A stretch of DNA of 64,000 nucleotides, from contig MU057202.1 of NCBI GenBank assembly GCA_013239625.1, forward strand, positions 3,981,101 to 4,045,100, written 5' to 3'. Each line of letters starts with the position of its first letter. The first letter of the stretch is position 1. The stretch is from Lama guanicoe. Its lineage: Eukaryota. A program made the position numbers and the translations under genes. Of the stretch, positions 63,531 to 64,000 are shown piece after piece. Below the pieces are notes generated by a model. The model saw only the letters and a program-made list of their open reading frames with translations. It did no database searches and was not told where the DNA came from.

Positions 63531-63600
63531 TTGCCGAGCGCGGCCGAGCGGGGCCGAGCGGGACCGAGCGGGACCGAGCGGGACCGAGCAGGACCGAGCA
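63531..63600. repeat. 10-bp tandem repeat (GGACCGAGCG-like) x7
   Basis: ttgccgagcg cggccgagcg gggccgagcg ggaccgagcg ggaccgagcg ggaccgagca ggaccgagca. Confidence 0.9.
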
Positions 63601-63636
63601 GAGTCGGATTGGGCGGAGCGTCAGGGCCGGTCTCCA

Positions 63637-63663
63637 GCCACCGCCACCGCCACCGCCACCGCC
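63637..63663 (+). repeat. (GCCACC)4 GCC immediately before the ZNF276 ATG
   Basis: gccaccgccaccgccaccgccaccgccATG. Confidence 0.9.
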
Positions 63664-63883
63664 ATGAAGCGGGACCGGCTCGGCCGCTTCCTGTCGCGCG
63701 GGGCGTCGGGGCAGCGCGGGAGCTCGGGCGGCGGCAACTGCAGCGGTGGCCGGGCCCGGGGCCGCCCCGCCCGCAGCGGGCCGAACGTGGAGGAGGAGGC
63801 GGCGGCTTTGGTGGCGGCGCGGCTGGGCTGGGGCCCGGTGCGGGCCTGCGGGGACGCGGGCGAGGACGGCGCCGCCGAGGCAG
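63664..63883 (+). CDS. ZNF276: Zinc finger protein 276, first coding exon (gene continues beyond the window)
   Basis: MKRDRLGRFLS...AALVAARLGWGPVRACGDAGEDGAAEA, strong Kozak context, donor CAG|GTGGGT; syntenic position head-to-head with VPS9D1. Confidence 0.9.
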
Positions 63884-64000
63884 GTGGGTCTGCCGGCAGG
63901 GCGCGAGGGGTGGCGGGGCCCCCGTGACCACTGTCCGCCCGTGACTTCCCGGCCCCCCGCGACCATCCTCCCCCAGGGACCACTGTCCACCCGCAACTTC

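Larger units (their letters stand above)
62450..64000. promoter_or_regulatory. CpG island, bidirectional VPS9D1/ZNF276 promoter
   Basis: Very CpG-dense; divergent ATGs at 63072(-) and 63664(+). ETS CACTTCCGG 63203-63211; reverse CCAAT (ATTGG) 63608-63612 next to a GC box. Confidence 0.9.

Noticed and set aside
63531-63600. CRISPR-like array
   Set aside because: Contiguous 10-bp units without spacers, in a mammalian CpG island

Overview
GC-rich mammalian genomic DNA, not prokaryotic, syntenic with human 16q24.3. Spliced genes were reconstructed by eye with GT-AG boundaries and consistent frames: DPEP1 (+, 10 coding exons, 410 aa), CHMP1A (-, 7 exons, 196 aa), SPATA33 (+, 3 exons, 125 aa), CDK10 (+, 13 exons, 363 aa), SPATA2L (-, 2 coding exons, 412 aa), VPS9D1 (-, 15 exons, 684 aa) and the first coding exon of ZNF276 (+). 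There are four CpG-island promoters; two are bidirectional (CHMP1A/SPATA33 and VPS9D1/ZNF276). Five tRNA-derived SINE copies resemble the camelid Vic-1 family, so the species is probably a camel, alpaca or llama (inference). Old L1, MLT1, MIR and MER fragments fill the introns and the first 17 kb. Nearly all ORFs in the supplied track are GC-rich shadow ORFs. I found no new multi-gene system. The best leads are a U12-type minor intron and an apparent stop-loss C-terminal extension in VPS9D1; a minisatellite-disrupted, pyrimidine-poor acceptor at the CDK10 PISSLRE exon; loss of the CHMP1A overlapping PRSM1 frame; RFX/NRF1/BANP/ETS promoter grammar; face-to-face CDK10/SPATA2L polyA signals; and a GATA-FOXA-HNF1-HNF4 motif cluster upstream of DPEP1. 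Comparisons to human orthologues are from recall and need checking by alignment.
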